The position numbers and the translations under genes are program-made. The notes beneath the pieces were generated by a model that saw only the letters and a program-made list of their open reading frames with translations, ran no database searches and was not told the origin of the DNA. A stretch of DNA of 64,000 nt from Lepidodermella squamata (lineage: Eukaryota > Animalia > Gastrotricha), in contig JBLDXI010000009.1 in assembly GCA_047495785.1 (NCBI GenBank), forward strand, positions 4,030,001 through 4,094,000. Reading direction: 5' to 3'. Positions 38,219 through 48,109 of the stretch are shown here, piece by piece; the first letter of the stretch is position 1; the number at the start of each line of letters is the position of its first letter.

Positions 38219-41200
38219 TCAAGTTTTACAAACTTCAAGACTAGGAAAATCGGTGGCGTTTGCGAAAACAAAAGCTATTTTAGTGCGCTTTTTCGGCGCA
38301 CTTGACGCCGCCACTTCGTTGTTGCTGTTTTCAACAGGTTTCGGCGGTAATTGCTTCTTCGGTTGCGGTTTTTCCGCCGGCTTCTGATCGTGGTGATGGC
38401 CCGAACAGCACGAGTCGTGGCAGCTGGACGGCGCCGGTGGTTCGACCAGGCTCAGCTGGCTAGCGGCCGGTAGCTCTGACATTAGGATATTGAGAACGAT
38501 CTGAATGCGTTTAATTGTCATCGCAATCGGTAGAATCGGGTTGGCGGGCCGGGGTAACGGCGTCGGAATAGCGAACAAGGTTTGCCATTTCAGTTGAGCC
38601 CCGCTGAGGCTCTCCAATCCGCGTTTGGCGTGGTGGAAAAACAGAAACGCTTGTTGGTAGCATTTAGCAGGGTTGCTACAGTCTCGGAATATCTGTACAA
38701 ACACCAAATATGATTCATTACAAGGTATGAAATGCAATATTGCATCAGATAGACCGAAATGGAGGAAACTCGAATTTTAATAAAAATAAATGATAAAAAA
38801 TAGTTTGTTTCTATTTTTAGCTAAGGGGCTCATGGGCTTTTAAAAGATTGTGGCTTTAGAATAAACGGTTAAATGAGAAAATGCAGCCCACTTGATTGGA
38901 ATGAAAAAATCGATTGCCGGGCTAAGTATTTGCTCGAATGAGACGAAGGTTGATACGGAAAACCCATATAACGTCCACTAGATGTCAATTTCTCTTGTGT
39001 GTCCCAAGAATTTAAAGCAGAAACAAAATCGTCCCAATTTTACAATAAATTACAAAAAATCGAATCGATGAGGCATAATAATTGGAATTATCCTTCCATA
39101 CGGTAAAATAACGATTAAATCATTAGCCGGTACATTTTCTTAAAATGACCTCAAATACGTAGTTCATTCGACTACTCGTAGTAATTAAGATAATAATAAG
39201 GCGATAAGGCTATACTCGTATAAAAAAAACTTGCCTGTTCAAATACGCGATGATACATTTCGTAGGAGAAGTACGGCGGACGGGTCACGCTGGCAAACGG
39301 CGAGAAGCGATAAAAGTAACGCCGACTTTCGTCGTCATATTTCGACGTTTTCGGCGTCGGAATTCGCCCGTCTAAAATCAAACCATGGCTCAGGAAAAAG
39401 TAGGCCATGCACAGCGTGTAGTACGTCTGTGACAGGCGCATCAACTCTTCGAGGAAAATCGCGCTGGGTGGTGGCGCGCTGTTCGCGGCCTGCTTCGCGT
39501 TTTTCGCCTTGTTTTTACCGGATTTCGGCGGGGCACATGACATCATGACAATGGCGTGCGCGTTTTCAATGAATGCGACGTAGTATCGCATGAAATGCTC
39601 GGCCAATCCCGCGAATACGTACCGGTATTCATGAGCTGAGTAGATTCCGAGTTGAAAGCCAAGCAGTACATAGCGCATTTGCATACACGTAGTCAAGAAA
39701 GTGGTGAGCAATTCTGTCAATAAAAATGGAGTTATCAAGATCAAGTTGAAAAATGAGTAAAACTAGAACAAAAAATAGTGATTCAATATAGGTATGTACG
39801 CTTTTCCTTGAAGATAAAACAAGAAACTTTTGGAAAATGCATCATTATTTCATCAAAAGATAAGCACTATGAGTCTCATCTCAGATGAATCATCAAATTA
39901 TATTGTTTAGGAATTTACATTCCGTGAATCATGGTAACTCAAATCTTTCAATGATTGCTAAATAGCCTAAATATCCTGAGAATTAAGCAGTATCAATATT
40001 TTGATCAAAGTTCCTTAAACTGAAAAATTGAACCAAAATAGCTAACCTAAACGAGGCTTTTCAGCAGCCGGGCTCGCTCCAGGTTGAGACGCCAGTACAC
40101 TGTCAACAGTTTCAGCCTGATCAGTGATCATGCACATTTGATCCAGCAGTTTTCCAATTTTGTCACGCTGGCGCGACAAATTAAGGTAGTGCAGCTGTAT
40201 GTACGAAATAAGGGTGCACGTCAAATTTGTCAGGAAGACTTGGCAGGTCGCCCGCGCTTCAGCACTCATTTGCTGCAGAGATTTCTGCGAAAAATCGCTG
40301 CAGTTCAGAAAGACTTGGCACATGTGCGGCACAATACCAGCCGATTCATTCACCTCGCCCTTGCCAGTTGAGCTCGTCGCTTCTCCCGCGCTATTTATGA
40401 TCGTAGTGAGCAAATCTCGGCCAATCAGGCGAACCAACACATTCGGCGCTCTCGCAGTGAAAGAAACGAGGTAATCGAGGAAATCCCACGGATCATAGCG
40501 CAAATCAGGTTGCATAAAGAGCAACTGTAAATCATCCACGAATTTGACCAAAAATGCAATTGAATCCCGTCTTGACTTGATGTAAGGTGCCCTGGGTAAG
40601 GTTGGCGGTAACAGATGCTGATTAGCCAGTGGATCGAACCCCATGATCGTAGGATAGTCAAAGCGCGTGGCGGTCGAAGATTCTGGTTCAGGTGAACCAT
40701 TTTTTGGCTTGCACCCGATGTCAACGCTTCCTTTCATCGACTCCAGTAATTGCTTCAGAGATGCGAAAGACTTGGTCAACCAATCAGCATCTCGTTCATA
40801 TTGAGAGATGCTGGTGTAATTTCCACAGGTGTTCAGGCATTGCACCAGCAGTCGAAAACAGGAAATTCGATTAATGACAAACTTGAAATTCGGATTCGTT
40901 CCAACTTTTGACGCAAGAGATGCTTCAACTTCTTTGGCATGAGTTAGAGCTTCGACATCAGAAATATCCGTAGCTAAATTAAACGACAACTGATGAACGC
41001 TAACAAAATCCTCCTCGTAACAAACGCGACTTGAGCCGGTGTGAATAATCACCCAATTTACAAATTTGAGCACCAAGACAACAAAAGCATGAAGTGCTTG
41101 ATCTTGAACTTTCTTGTGATCATGGAGGTAAAGATTAGTGAACACTGTTTGCAAAATGTTTTGCCCGTCAAGCCAAGTAATCAGTGTTGCTATGGTTTCG

Positions 41201-41466
41201 TCCATTATACCAATCAATTCTTCAATTTCAAGGTTGTCAGTCTTAACTACGCCAGATCGTATTCCTTCTTCGAAAGTGAGAATTTCTCGTCCCAGGCTGA
41301 AAAGCGCAGCTGTTGAGTCCATTTTTGGATCCATTATTTCAATCGCCGACATTGCATCCACCAAGCCGAATTTTTCATCGCTGTACAATTCCCCTTCGGC
41401 GAGCGAAGCACAGGCTTCTTTGAAGCAACCAGTGATGTCAATCCACGACGACTCTTCATCCGACAT
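38219..41466 (-). CDS. NAA35: N-alpha-acetyltransferase 35, NatC auxiliary subunit (Mak10)
   Basis: FGLVDAMSAIEIMDPKMD, TWLDGQNILQTVFTNLY, YEEDF, GFDPLANQHLLPPTLPR, RQRDK, RYFYRFSPF; exons about 41466-40047, 39712-39231 and 38692-38219. Confidence 0.95.
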
Positions 41467-41524
41467 TCTTAAAGCTCACTTTAAAAATCTAGAAAGCAGG
41501 AAAGAATTAGACATCAACGTGTAA

Positions 41525-42139
41525 TTATTTTTTGCTAAATCGATTAGTAGGAATTGAAAATGGTTGTCGCCAAACTCGCAGATGAATTTTCAACCTGCTG
41601 CCTTCTTGGCCATCAATGGCAATAACGCGAACCCGCCTTAGTGAGCCTGATTCACTCGCTTTCTTGTCTTCCGCCCCGCCAGAGCCATGACTTATCAAAT
41701 CGATTGCATCTCCTGCACTCACCAATTGAGATTTTTTTGTTAGGCGCGAACCATTCAAATAAATACGCTTGGCGTAAAATTCTTCTTCCAAAACGGTGCG
41801 ACTAACGGCAAGGCCAATAGCCAAAATACTATCGATGCGAAGTGACTTAACAGATTGCGACATTTCACGGTAATATTTTGGCAAAAAGTCATCATCGTTG
41901 AACCAATTATCTTCAAATATTTCTGAGGTGCCTTCATCATCGTCCAATCCGGGATCATCAAAGGCGGGAGGTTTATCCTTGGAAGAGCTACTGATAAGCC
42001 GAGTGCAGAGCGGTGAGAAATGGGTCTGTGGACGAGATTCTGCAATGAAGATACGTTGACATGCTACTAATGCGAGCGAATGATACTGCGAGCTCCTCGC
42101 TCCAAGACATATTCTTTGGAGAGACGACCGCAGAGCCAT
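41525..42139 (-). CDS. MTRES1: Mitochondrial transcription rescue factor 1 (C6orf203), S4-like RNA-binding protein
   Basis: Arg/Ser-rich presequence, acidic patch, then SLRIDSILAIGLAVSR..EEEFY..RIYLNG..LTKKS..V..GD.IDL. Confidence 0.88.
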   Translation of the reverse strand: MALRSSLQRICLGARSSQYHSLALVACQRIFIAESRPQTHFSPLCTRLISSSSKDKPPAFDDPGLDDDEGTSEIFEDNWFNDDDFLPKYYREMSQSVKSLRIDSILAIGLAVSRTVLEEEFYAKRIYLNGSRLTKKSQLVSAGDAIDLISHGSGGAEDKKASESGSLRRVRVIAIDGQEGSRLKIHLRVWRQPFSIPTNRFSKK

Positions 42140-42614
42140 TTAATCAATAACTAAGCCGGTGATAAACAAGTTACATCAAGCAAAAAAAACCCAGAGCAAG
42201 TTGAATGGAATTGAAAGAAACAGTTGTAAGATACAATGAGGTGAGGTGATCTCAGGTTTCAGGTAATAACAGGGGAATGCATAATTATTCAGAGTCTCGA
42301 AATGCCAACTGCTCGAATTTCAATTCCAAGTTCCAAGGGAGAAACGATTTGGTTCTTCTCGACACACAAGATATCCCACGACACGCAACAAACCCGGCAT
42401 TTTTTGTTAACGATCCCCATTGGGAACACTTTATTAGGGGTGTAGCCCCCTCGTCGAACTAATAAAATAATTTTTAAATTTTAACGCAGCTCAACATTTT
42501 TGATTACTTATGTCTGGTATATATTACCTGGATAATATCAAAAATTGTTAATGTCAATAATTAATGAAGGCATGCAGATGACGTATTATTACACTTTCAT
42601 CGTCTTTCTCGCGT

Positions 42615-43091
42615 ATATATTTTCAATCGCCGTCGTCCCGCTGATCGGTTGCCATGTCGCATTTCCGCGTTCTGTGTTCCGCCTGCTGCCTCAAGCTTCA
42701 CACTTTTCTCTTCCTATTTAACCTATATTGGAGCATCATCTGCAACAATAATTTACGAGGTTTTAGTTTGCCGAAATCAACGCTAGGCATTTCCAGCTTG
42801 GGTACATTCTAGGATTTTCAATTTACAATTATCTCATGAAATAAGTATGTTACATTTTAGGCGGCCCAGTCTTTATTTGTACTTTTACTAAGGAACTCGG
42901 GACAACAATTACGAGAAACCTTGACGATTCTGTAATTTTAGCTGCATTTGCCCTTTGAACTAAGACGTGTCCATAGGTAGTGTAGAACTAGAACGCTGAA
43001 GGCTCAATGCTCAATCAACCTTTTGGAGATCGAAAAGCTTTTCTTGCCTGGGTTTTCTTAAAGATTTAAGATTTCGTTATAATGGCTTATT
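42615..43091 (+). repeat. 477 bp direct repeat, copy 1 (target-site duplication)
   Basis: ATATATTTTCAATCGCC...TATAATGGCTTATT recurs at 47550-48026 with the same 4935 bp offset at both ends; no mismatch seen by eye. Confidence 0.95.
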
Positions 43092-43705
43092 CGCAGCCAA
43101 ACAAGCCAAACGCAGCCAAACAAGGACAGGCCCATCAGGGCGGCAAGCGACAAAGCGATCAAAAGCCCAAGCCCAAGCCGCAAGGTGGATCAACCGACGC
43201 AGGAGATAAGGGCAGTACGGACAACAGCGTACCGAAGCAGGCTGGGTCGGAAAAGCGCGTGGGCCGCAACGTGGAGCCGCGGGCGCGACGACTAGCCAAC
43301 GAAATCAAGGCTAAAGTCGACGCCGATTACTTCCAGGTTCGAGGCTGCTTGGTCCGTTTCGTTCGCGGTTCAACTGTGGTCGGGCGCTACGGGTTTGACG
43401 AGGGACAAAACTCGTTGGTCCCCCTAAAACCCAATCCGAAATTTGACAGCTACTTCCCTAAGGTCACTGATCTGAAACCTGGTCGCCCGGGCATCGCCGA
43501 ACTCCGACAATTTGGCCGCTCAATGATTGCTAGTAGTGGCGCAGACGACTATCAGATACGGGGTACTAAAGTACGCCTCCTGAAGAACGGCCTCGACTGC
43601 GGCCACTACAGTTTCGATGGCACCCGAGTGGTACCCGACTTCGCTACCGACTTTAACACCGGATTCCCTCGACTGGTTCCAACAGGGGCCGGCCAGCGGA
43701 TATAG
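43082..43705 (+). CDS. LINE ORF1 (C-terminal part; ATG lies in the flanking duplication)
   Basis: 207-aa basic ORF with a Q/K/G-rich N-terminus and two internal repeats of about 60 aa; ends at TAG 43703-43705, in frame with ORF2. Confidence 0.75.
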   Translation: MAYSQPNKPNAAKQGQAHQGGKRQSDQKPKPKPQGGSTDAGDKGSTDNSVPKQAGSEKRVGRNVEPRARRLANEIKAKVDADYFQVRGCLVRFVRGSTVVGRYGFDEGQNSLVPLKPNPKFDSYFPKVTDLKPGRPGIAELRQFGRSMIASSGADDYQIRGTKVRLLKNGLDCGHYSFDGTRVVPDFATDFNTGFPRLVPTGAGQRI

Positions 43706-46700
43706 GGATACCTCTGCGAGCCCACAACGGACCCCTGCTACCTGCATACCTCAATCACAGTAGGGTTCCTAAACCTACTCGACGCCGAGCGATGGTGCAG
43801 CGAGTCGCTAAAACAGGCGGCGCGCGGATGCGACATCTTCGTCGGCGTCGAGACGCATGGACCAGCTGCTCACCTGGAACTAGTCGGTTACGAGAAGTTT
43901 ACAGCAGCGGCGACACGACTGGGCGGCAAACGCGGTCGCCTTTCAGGTGGTCTTGTGCTGTTCCTCAAAAGCTGTCTCCACAAACACGTAAGCTTACTCT
44001 TTCTCAGTGAGTACTTCGCGTTTGTGGAGGTATTTCAGGCGCGAGGCCGGCGATTACTCGTGGGCCTGGTTTACGTCCCGACTGACTCTACGACCCAGAC
44101 CCACGCCGAAGTTTTCCGCGAAATGAACAGCCTCCTAGAATCTTTCTCTATCTCGCCAGGTTTCACGACGGAAATCCTTCTACTTGGCGATTTCAACTGC
44201 CGCATGGGACGAGAACCTGACGTTCCACTCGGCGACGCTAGCCTACCACACCGAAACAGCACCGATACGCGCACCGACGGCACGACCGCAATGCTACAGT
44301 CGTTCTGTCACGACCACAACCTGCACGTTTTGAACGGCCGGTACGCACCCGACTTGCGCGGCGAGTTGACGCACTTCTCTTCAAACGGAAATTCGGTGAT
44401 CGATTACGGCCTTGCAAGCGTTTCGCTGGCACCGTCCATCCGCTCGTTCGAAGTACTAAGGGTTTCCGAGGCTTCCGACCACGCCGTTATCACGGCCATC
44501 TTGGCTGTGAACACGGAGCCTCGCCCCATTAGACTTCGCACGGTGTCAGCTAAGTTGCGCAATGCCTTAATACATAATCTAACACCTTTTCTGTCCACGA
44601 CAGCGGACGACATGGCCTGTCATCTGGCCGAAGTCGTCGAAAGCAGCGTTGAACGGAATGCGACAGTCAAGGCGGTCAGCGCTATCAGGCAGCTCGCTTG
44701 GAAACCCGCGCGACACACCGAGCCCGGCCCGAGTCACAGCGCAGGTGGCCCTCGCGCCGACCAGTCAACCTTCGACTACCTCGTGCGCAACCCGAGCAAG
44801 TTGTGGAAACTGAAGACTCGCGACCCCCCTGGCGAAGACCCGCCTGCAGAGTCCTTCCGAGCGCACCTGATGGGCACGTTTGCGATCGCACCTCAAAACG
44901 CATCAACCAGCTTCACCGACGGAGTGCCGCGACGACAGTTCCTCGATCCGCTCTTCTACCCGTGGGCCGCAGCAAATGCGCGGCAACTAGGCGGCGGACC
45001 AAGTAGTCGAGACCTGGAAATGAGGTGGCGGGTATTATGGCAACCCCCGGCGGCTAAAACGCCCGTCATCAACGGTCTGCTTTGGGGCAAAGAATACGCG
45101 CCACCAACGCTGGCGACCATTCAACACAGTCTTGACGAATGGCGCAGGAACATGCAGCGTAGCTTCGAGGACGTCCCGACTACCGCCCGACAGCCGGCGT
45201 CTCAAATAGGCTGTCTCACTGGTCCGGTCTCGGAGGCAGAAATCGTCAATGTCCTGGAAGACTGCGGCAACAACTCTGCTGCGGGACTCGACGGTCTCTC
45301 ATACGCCGACATCAAGGCCAACGAAGATGTGCTGCTGCCTTACCTGTCGGCCCTATTTACGAAGGCTATGTGTGATGCCACCTACCCCGACGCGTGGAAG
45401 GTTTCGCTCTTATGCCCCATTTTCAAGAAGGGCGACAGGTCGGTCGTTTCCAATTATAGGCCTATCTGCCTGCAAAATTGTGCCTCCAAGCTCTTCTCCA
45501 GAATATGTGAAAGGCGACTGCGACAATGGCTCGCACGCTACAGCCCGCTTAGGCGTGAGCAGTTCGGGTTCCAGCCTGGTTGCGGCACCATGGATGCGGC
45601 AGCGGTTCTACACGCGGCCGTGTCTTACGCCATGGAGCGCCTAAAGCGCGTCCACTGTGCCTTTATCGACTTCAAATCGGCATTCGATACCATCAGTCAT
45701 AGTCGCCTCATGGCCAAACTGCGGAAGCGTGGCGTACCGGGAAAGTTCGTTGACCTGCTCTCTTCCATGTACTGTGGCAACAAGGCCGTGGTGCACAGCA
45801 ACGGCGAGCTCTCAGAGCCTTTCCCCGTCGAAACGGGTGTCAAGCAGGGCGACCCCTTGTCACCGCTACTCTTCGCCATCTTCATTGACGATCTTGTGGC
45901 TTGTCTTGAGAAAGTCGGCGGACGAGGACTACGTCTGGGGGATGTGGTGATCCGCGCCATCCTCTACGCCGATGACGTCACCATTCTCGCAGATTCCCCG
46001 CAAGAACTGCAACGCTACCTCCACGCTCTGCAAGCTTACGCAGACGAGAACGGCCTGCTCATCAGTGTAGCGAAATCGAAGGTCATGGTTTTTGAAAAAA
46101 CTCCGGACCCCGACAACTGGCCCAAGCTACAGCTGTGCGGAACTGAGCTGGAGACGGTGTTAAAATTCAAATTCCTGGGCCTCTGGCTCGACTGTCGGCT
46201 GCTTTACAAAACGGCAGTGAAGGAGGCGCGAATCAGGCTCAAACGCACGGTTGGGGCGATACCGACGCTCTTTGCCGACATTGGCTCCTTCCCGGTGCAG
46301 GCAGTCAAAACGCTCTACAACGCCTGCGTCCTCGGAGCTTACACCTACGGCGCGGAGCTGTGGGGCATGTTCGCTGGCAAACTGGACCTGCCTGAGCATA
46401 TGCGCTTTGTTAAGAGGTGCTACCACCTTCCAAGAGCCACCAGCCATGACCTGCTTGAGAAGGAGATTGGTCTAGTACCGCCTAAAGTCGCACACGAAAC
46501 AGCGGCTTTGCGGTTTTATCTACGAATGCAGGCAGCTCAGCCCTGCTCGCTGCTAGCCAACGCTTACACCTCGATGAATTCGATGGGCAACGCGCCGCGC
46601 AACCTAATCAAAAGGGCCGAATCGATCATTTCGGAACTAGACCTGGGATTTGTATGCGGAAGCTCGCTGCCGGAATGCACCAAGCGCGAGCTAGTCAAGC

Positions 46701-47218
46701 GGCAGCTATTGATGAAGCGATGGGAGCTAGTCGACAGCAGGCTAAAGAGAGAGTATGCTGACCACGAATTCTTCGCGAAACCGCGCGTTCAAGACGCAGC
46801 GTATGGGTACTCGCTCGCACTGCCGCTAGACTCATTCCAAGCCTTGCTTCAAGTCCGGACAAACGGATTTTTCAAGCCTCAGCAATACACGTGGGCGGGC
46901 AAATGCCCTCTTTGTCATGGCGGCCTACCCGGTAGTGATGGTTGGGCTTATGTGAAACACCTAGCCATCGAGTGCGCAGAAGCTGCCGACGTCATGATTC
47001 CCTTCAGGTCTTCGACTTCACGAGGCTTCGACGGCAACAGACTGGCGCGCTTGCTCGATTTCGACGAGGAGGCCGACGAAGAAGCCCCAGCGCTCCTAAA
47101 ATACCTACTTCTCCAGCTAGACAATGTCCGGAAACGGCTATCACCCAGACAGCAGCTCGCCACCGCGCCCTCTGAAGCACTAAGGGAACCGAGTGGCACC
47201 GGGCGGGGTCGCCTCTGA
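43706..47218 (+). CDS. LINE ORF2: APE endonuclease, reverse transcriptase, CCHC
   Basis: The frame is open from 43706. EN motifs ITVGFLN, DIFVGVETH, GRLSGG, VYVP, LLGDFN, SVIDY, SDH; RT motifs NYRPI, FIDFKSAFD, GVKQGDPLSPLLF, YADD, FKFLG; C-terminal CPLC...HLAIEC. No frameshifts. Confidence 0.95.
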   Translation, partial: GYLCEPTTDPCYLHTSITVGFLNLLDAERWCSESLKQAARGCDIFVGVETHGPAAHLELVGYEKFTAAATRLGGKRGRLSGGLVLFLKSCLHKHVSLLFLSEYFAFVEVFQARGRRLLVGLVYVPTDSTTQTHAEVFREMNSLLESFSISPGFTTEILLLGDFNCRMGREPDVPLGDASLPHRNSTDTRTDGTTAMLQSFCHDHNLHVLNGRYAPDLRGELTHFSSNGNSVIDYGLASVSLAPSIRSFEVLRVSEASDHAVITAILAVNTEPRPIRLRTVSAKLRNALIHNLTPFLSTTADDMACHLAEVVESSVERNATVKAVSAIRQLAWKPARHTEPGPSHSAGGPRADQSTFDYLVRNPSKLWKLKTRDPPGEDPPAESFRAHLMGTFAIAPQNASTSFTDGVPRRQFLDPLFYPWAAANARQLGGGPSSRDLEMRWRVLWQPPAAKTPVINGLLWGKEYAPPTLATIQHSLDEWRRNMQRSFEDVPTTARQPASQIGCLTGPVSEAEIVNVLEDCGNNSAAGLDGLSYADIKANEDVLLPYLSALFTKAMCDATYPDAWKVSLLCPIFKKGDRSVVSNYRPICLQNCASKLFSRICERRLRQWLARYSPLRREQFGFQPGCGTMDAAAVLHAAVSYAMERLKRVHCAFIDFKSAFDTISHSRLMAKLRKRGVPGKFVDLLSSMYCGNKAVVHSNGELSEPFPVETGVKQGDPLSPLLFAIFIDDLVACLEKVGGRGLRLGDVVIRAILYADDVTILADSPQELQRYLHALQAYADENGLLISVAKSKVMVFEKTPDPDNWPKLQLCGTELETVLKFKFLGLWLDCRLLYKTAVKEARIRLKRTVGAIPTLFADIGSFPVQAVKTLYNACVLGAYTYGAELWGMFAGKLDLPEHMRFVKRCYHLPRATSHDLLEKEIGLVPPKVAHETAALRFYLRMQAAQPCSLLANAYTSMNSMGNAPRNLIKRAESIISELDLGFVCGSSLPECTKRELVKRQLLMKRWELVDSRLKREYADHEFFAKPRVQDAAYGYSLALPLDSFQALLQVRTNGFFKPQQYTWAGKCPLCHGGLPGSDGWAYVKHLAIECAEAADVMIPFRSSTSRGFDGNRLARLLDFDEEADEEAPALLKYLLLQLDNVRKRLSPRQQLATAPSEALREPSGTGRGRL

Positions 47219-47501
47219 AGTACCCGCTCCCGGCGCCTGCCCTATAGACTTCACAGGGAACGAGCTAAGTCCCCCTTTATATGCCTACATAACTCTAGTT
47301 CTGTCTTTCCCCCCTCAGATGGGCTCGCAGACCCGGTACCAGCTAACATTGTAAACTATATGTCTAACAAAACTATTTTTATACTCTTTTATAATCAATA
47401 CACATTCTCTCTTTTTATCAACGACCTAAGCTACAATCGCGCTTGTTTCTTTTTTAATTTATGTTGTTTTAACTTAACAAAATGATCAACTACGAATTCG
47501 A

Positions 47502-47549
47502 CGACAACAACAACAACAACACGAATAAATCATCATCATCATCATCATC
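47502..47549 (+). repeat. LINE 3' microsatellite tail, (CAA)n then AATAAA and (TCA)n
   Basis: GACAACAACAACAACAACACGAATAAATCATCATCATCATCATCATC directly abuts duplication copy 2. Confidence 0.85.
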
Positions 47550-48026
47550 ATATATTTTCAATCGCCGTCGTCCCGCTGATCGGTTGCCATGTCGCATTTC
47601 CGCGTTCTGTGTTCCGCCTGCTGCCTCAAGCTTCACACTTTTCTCTTCCTATTTAACCTATATTGGAGCATCATCTGCAACAATAATTTACGAGGTTTTA
47701 GTTTGCCGAAATCAACGCTAGGCATTTCCAGCTTGGGTACATTCTAGGATTTTCAATTTACAATTATCTCATGAAATAAGTATGTTACATTTTAGGCGGC
47801 CCAGTCTTTATTTGTACTTTTACTAAGGAACTCGGGACAACAATTACGAGAAACCTTGACGATTCTGTAATTTTAGCTGCATTTGCCCTTTGAACTAAGA
47901 CGTGTCCATAGGTAGTGTAGAACTAGAACGCTGAAGGCTCAATGCTCAATCAACCTTTTGGAGATCGAAAAGCTTTTCTTGCCTGGGTTTTCTTAAAGAT
48001 TTAAGATTTCGTTATAATGGCTTATT
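47550..48026 (+). repeat. 477 bp direct repeat, copy 2
   Basis: Matches 42615-43091; continues into unique sequence upstream of the 48110 gene. Confidence 0.95.
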
Positions 48027-48109
48027 GCCAATGTTCTCTGGCCTCTGAAACGATTTATTTAACATTCCTTGATTCTTGATGTTTAATAGGTGACTTTTTA
48101 AATCATTTT

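Larger units (their letters stand above)
43092..47549 (+). mobile_element. Non-LTR retrotransposon (LINE), RTEX-like, probably 5'-truncated, recent insertion
   Basis: APE endonuclease, RT and C-terminal CCHC; 3' tail (CAA)n..AATAAA(TCA)n; visibly more GC-rich than the flanks; bounded by the 477 bp direct repeats. Clade inferred from YGAELWG and the CPLC...H...C C-terminus. Confidence 0.92.

Noticed and set aside
42615-48026. Reading the 477 bp repeats as LTRs of an LTR retrotransposon
   Set aside because: No TG...CA ends, PBS/PPT, protease or integrase. The internal protein is APE plus a LINE-type RT and ends in a microsatellite tail, and the repeat has host-like AT content.
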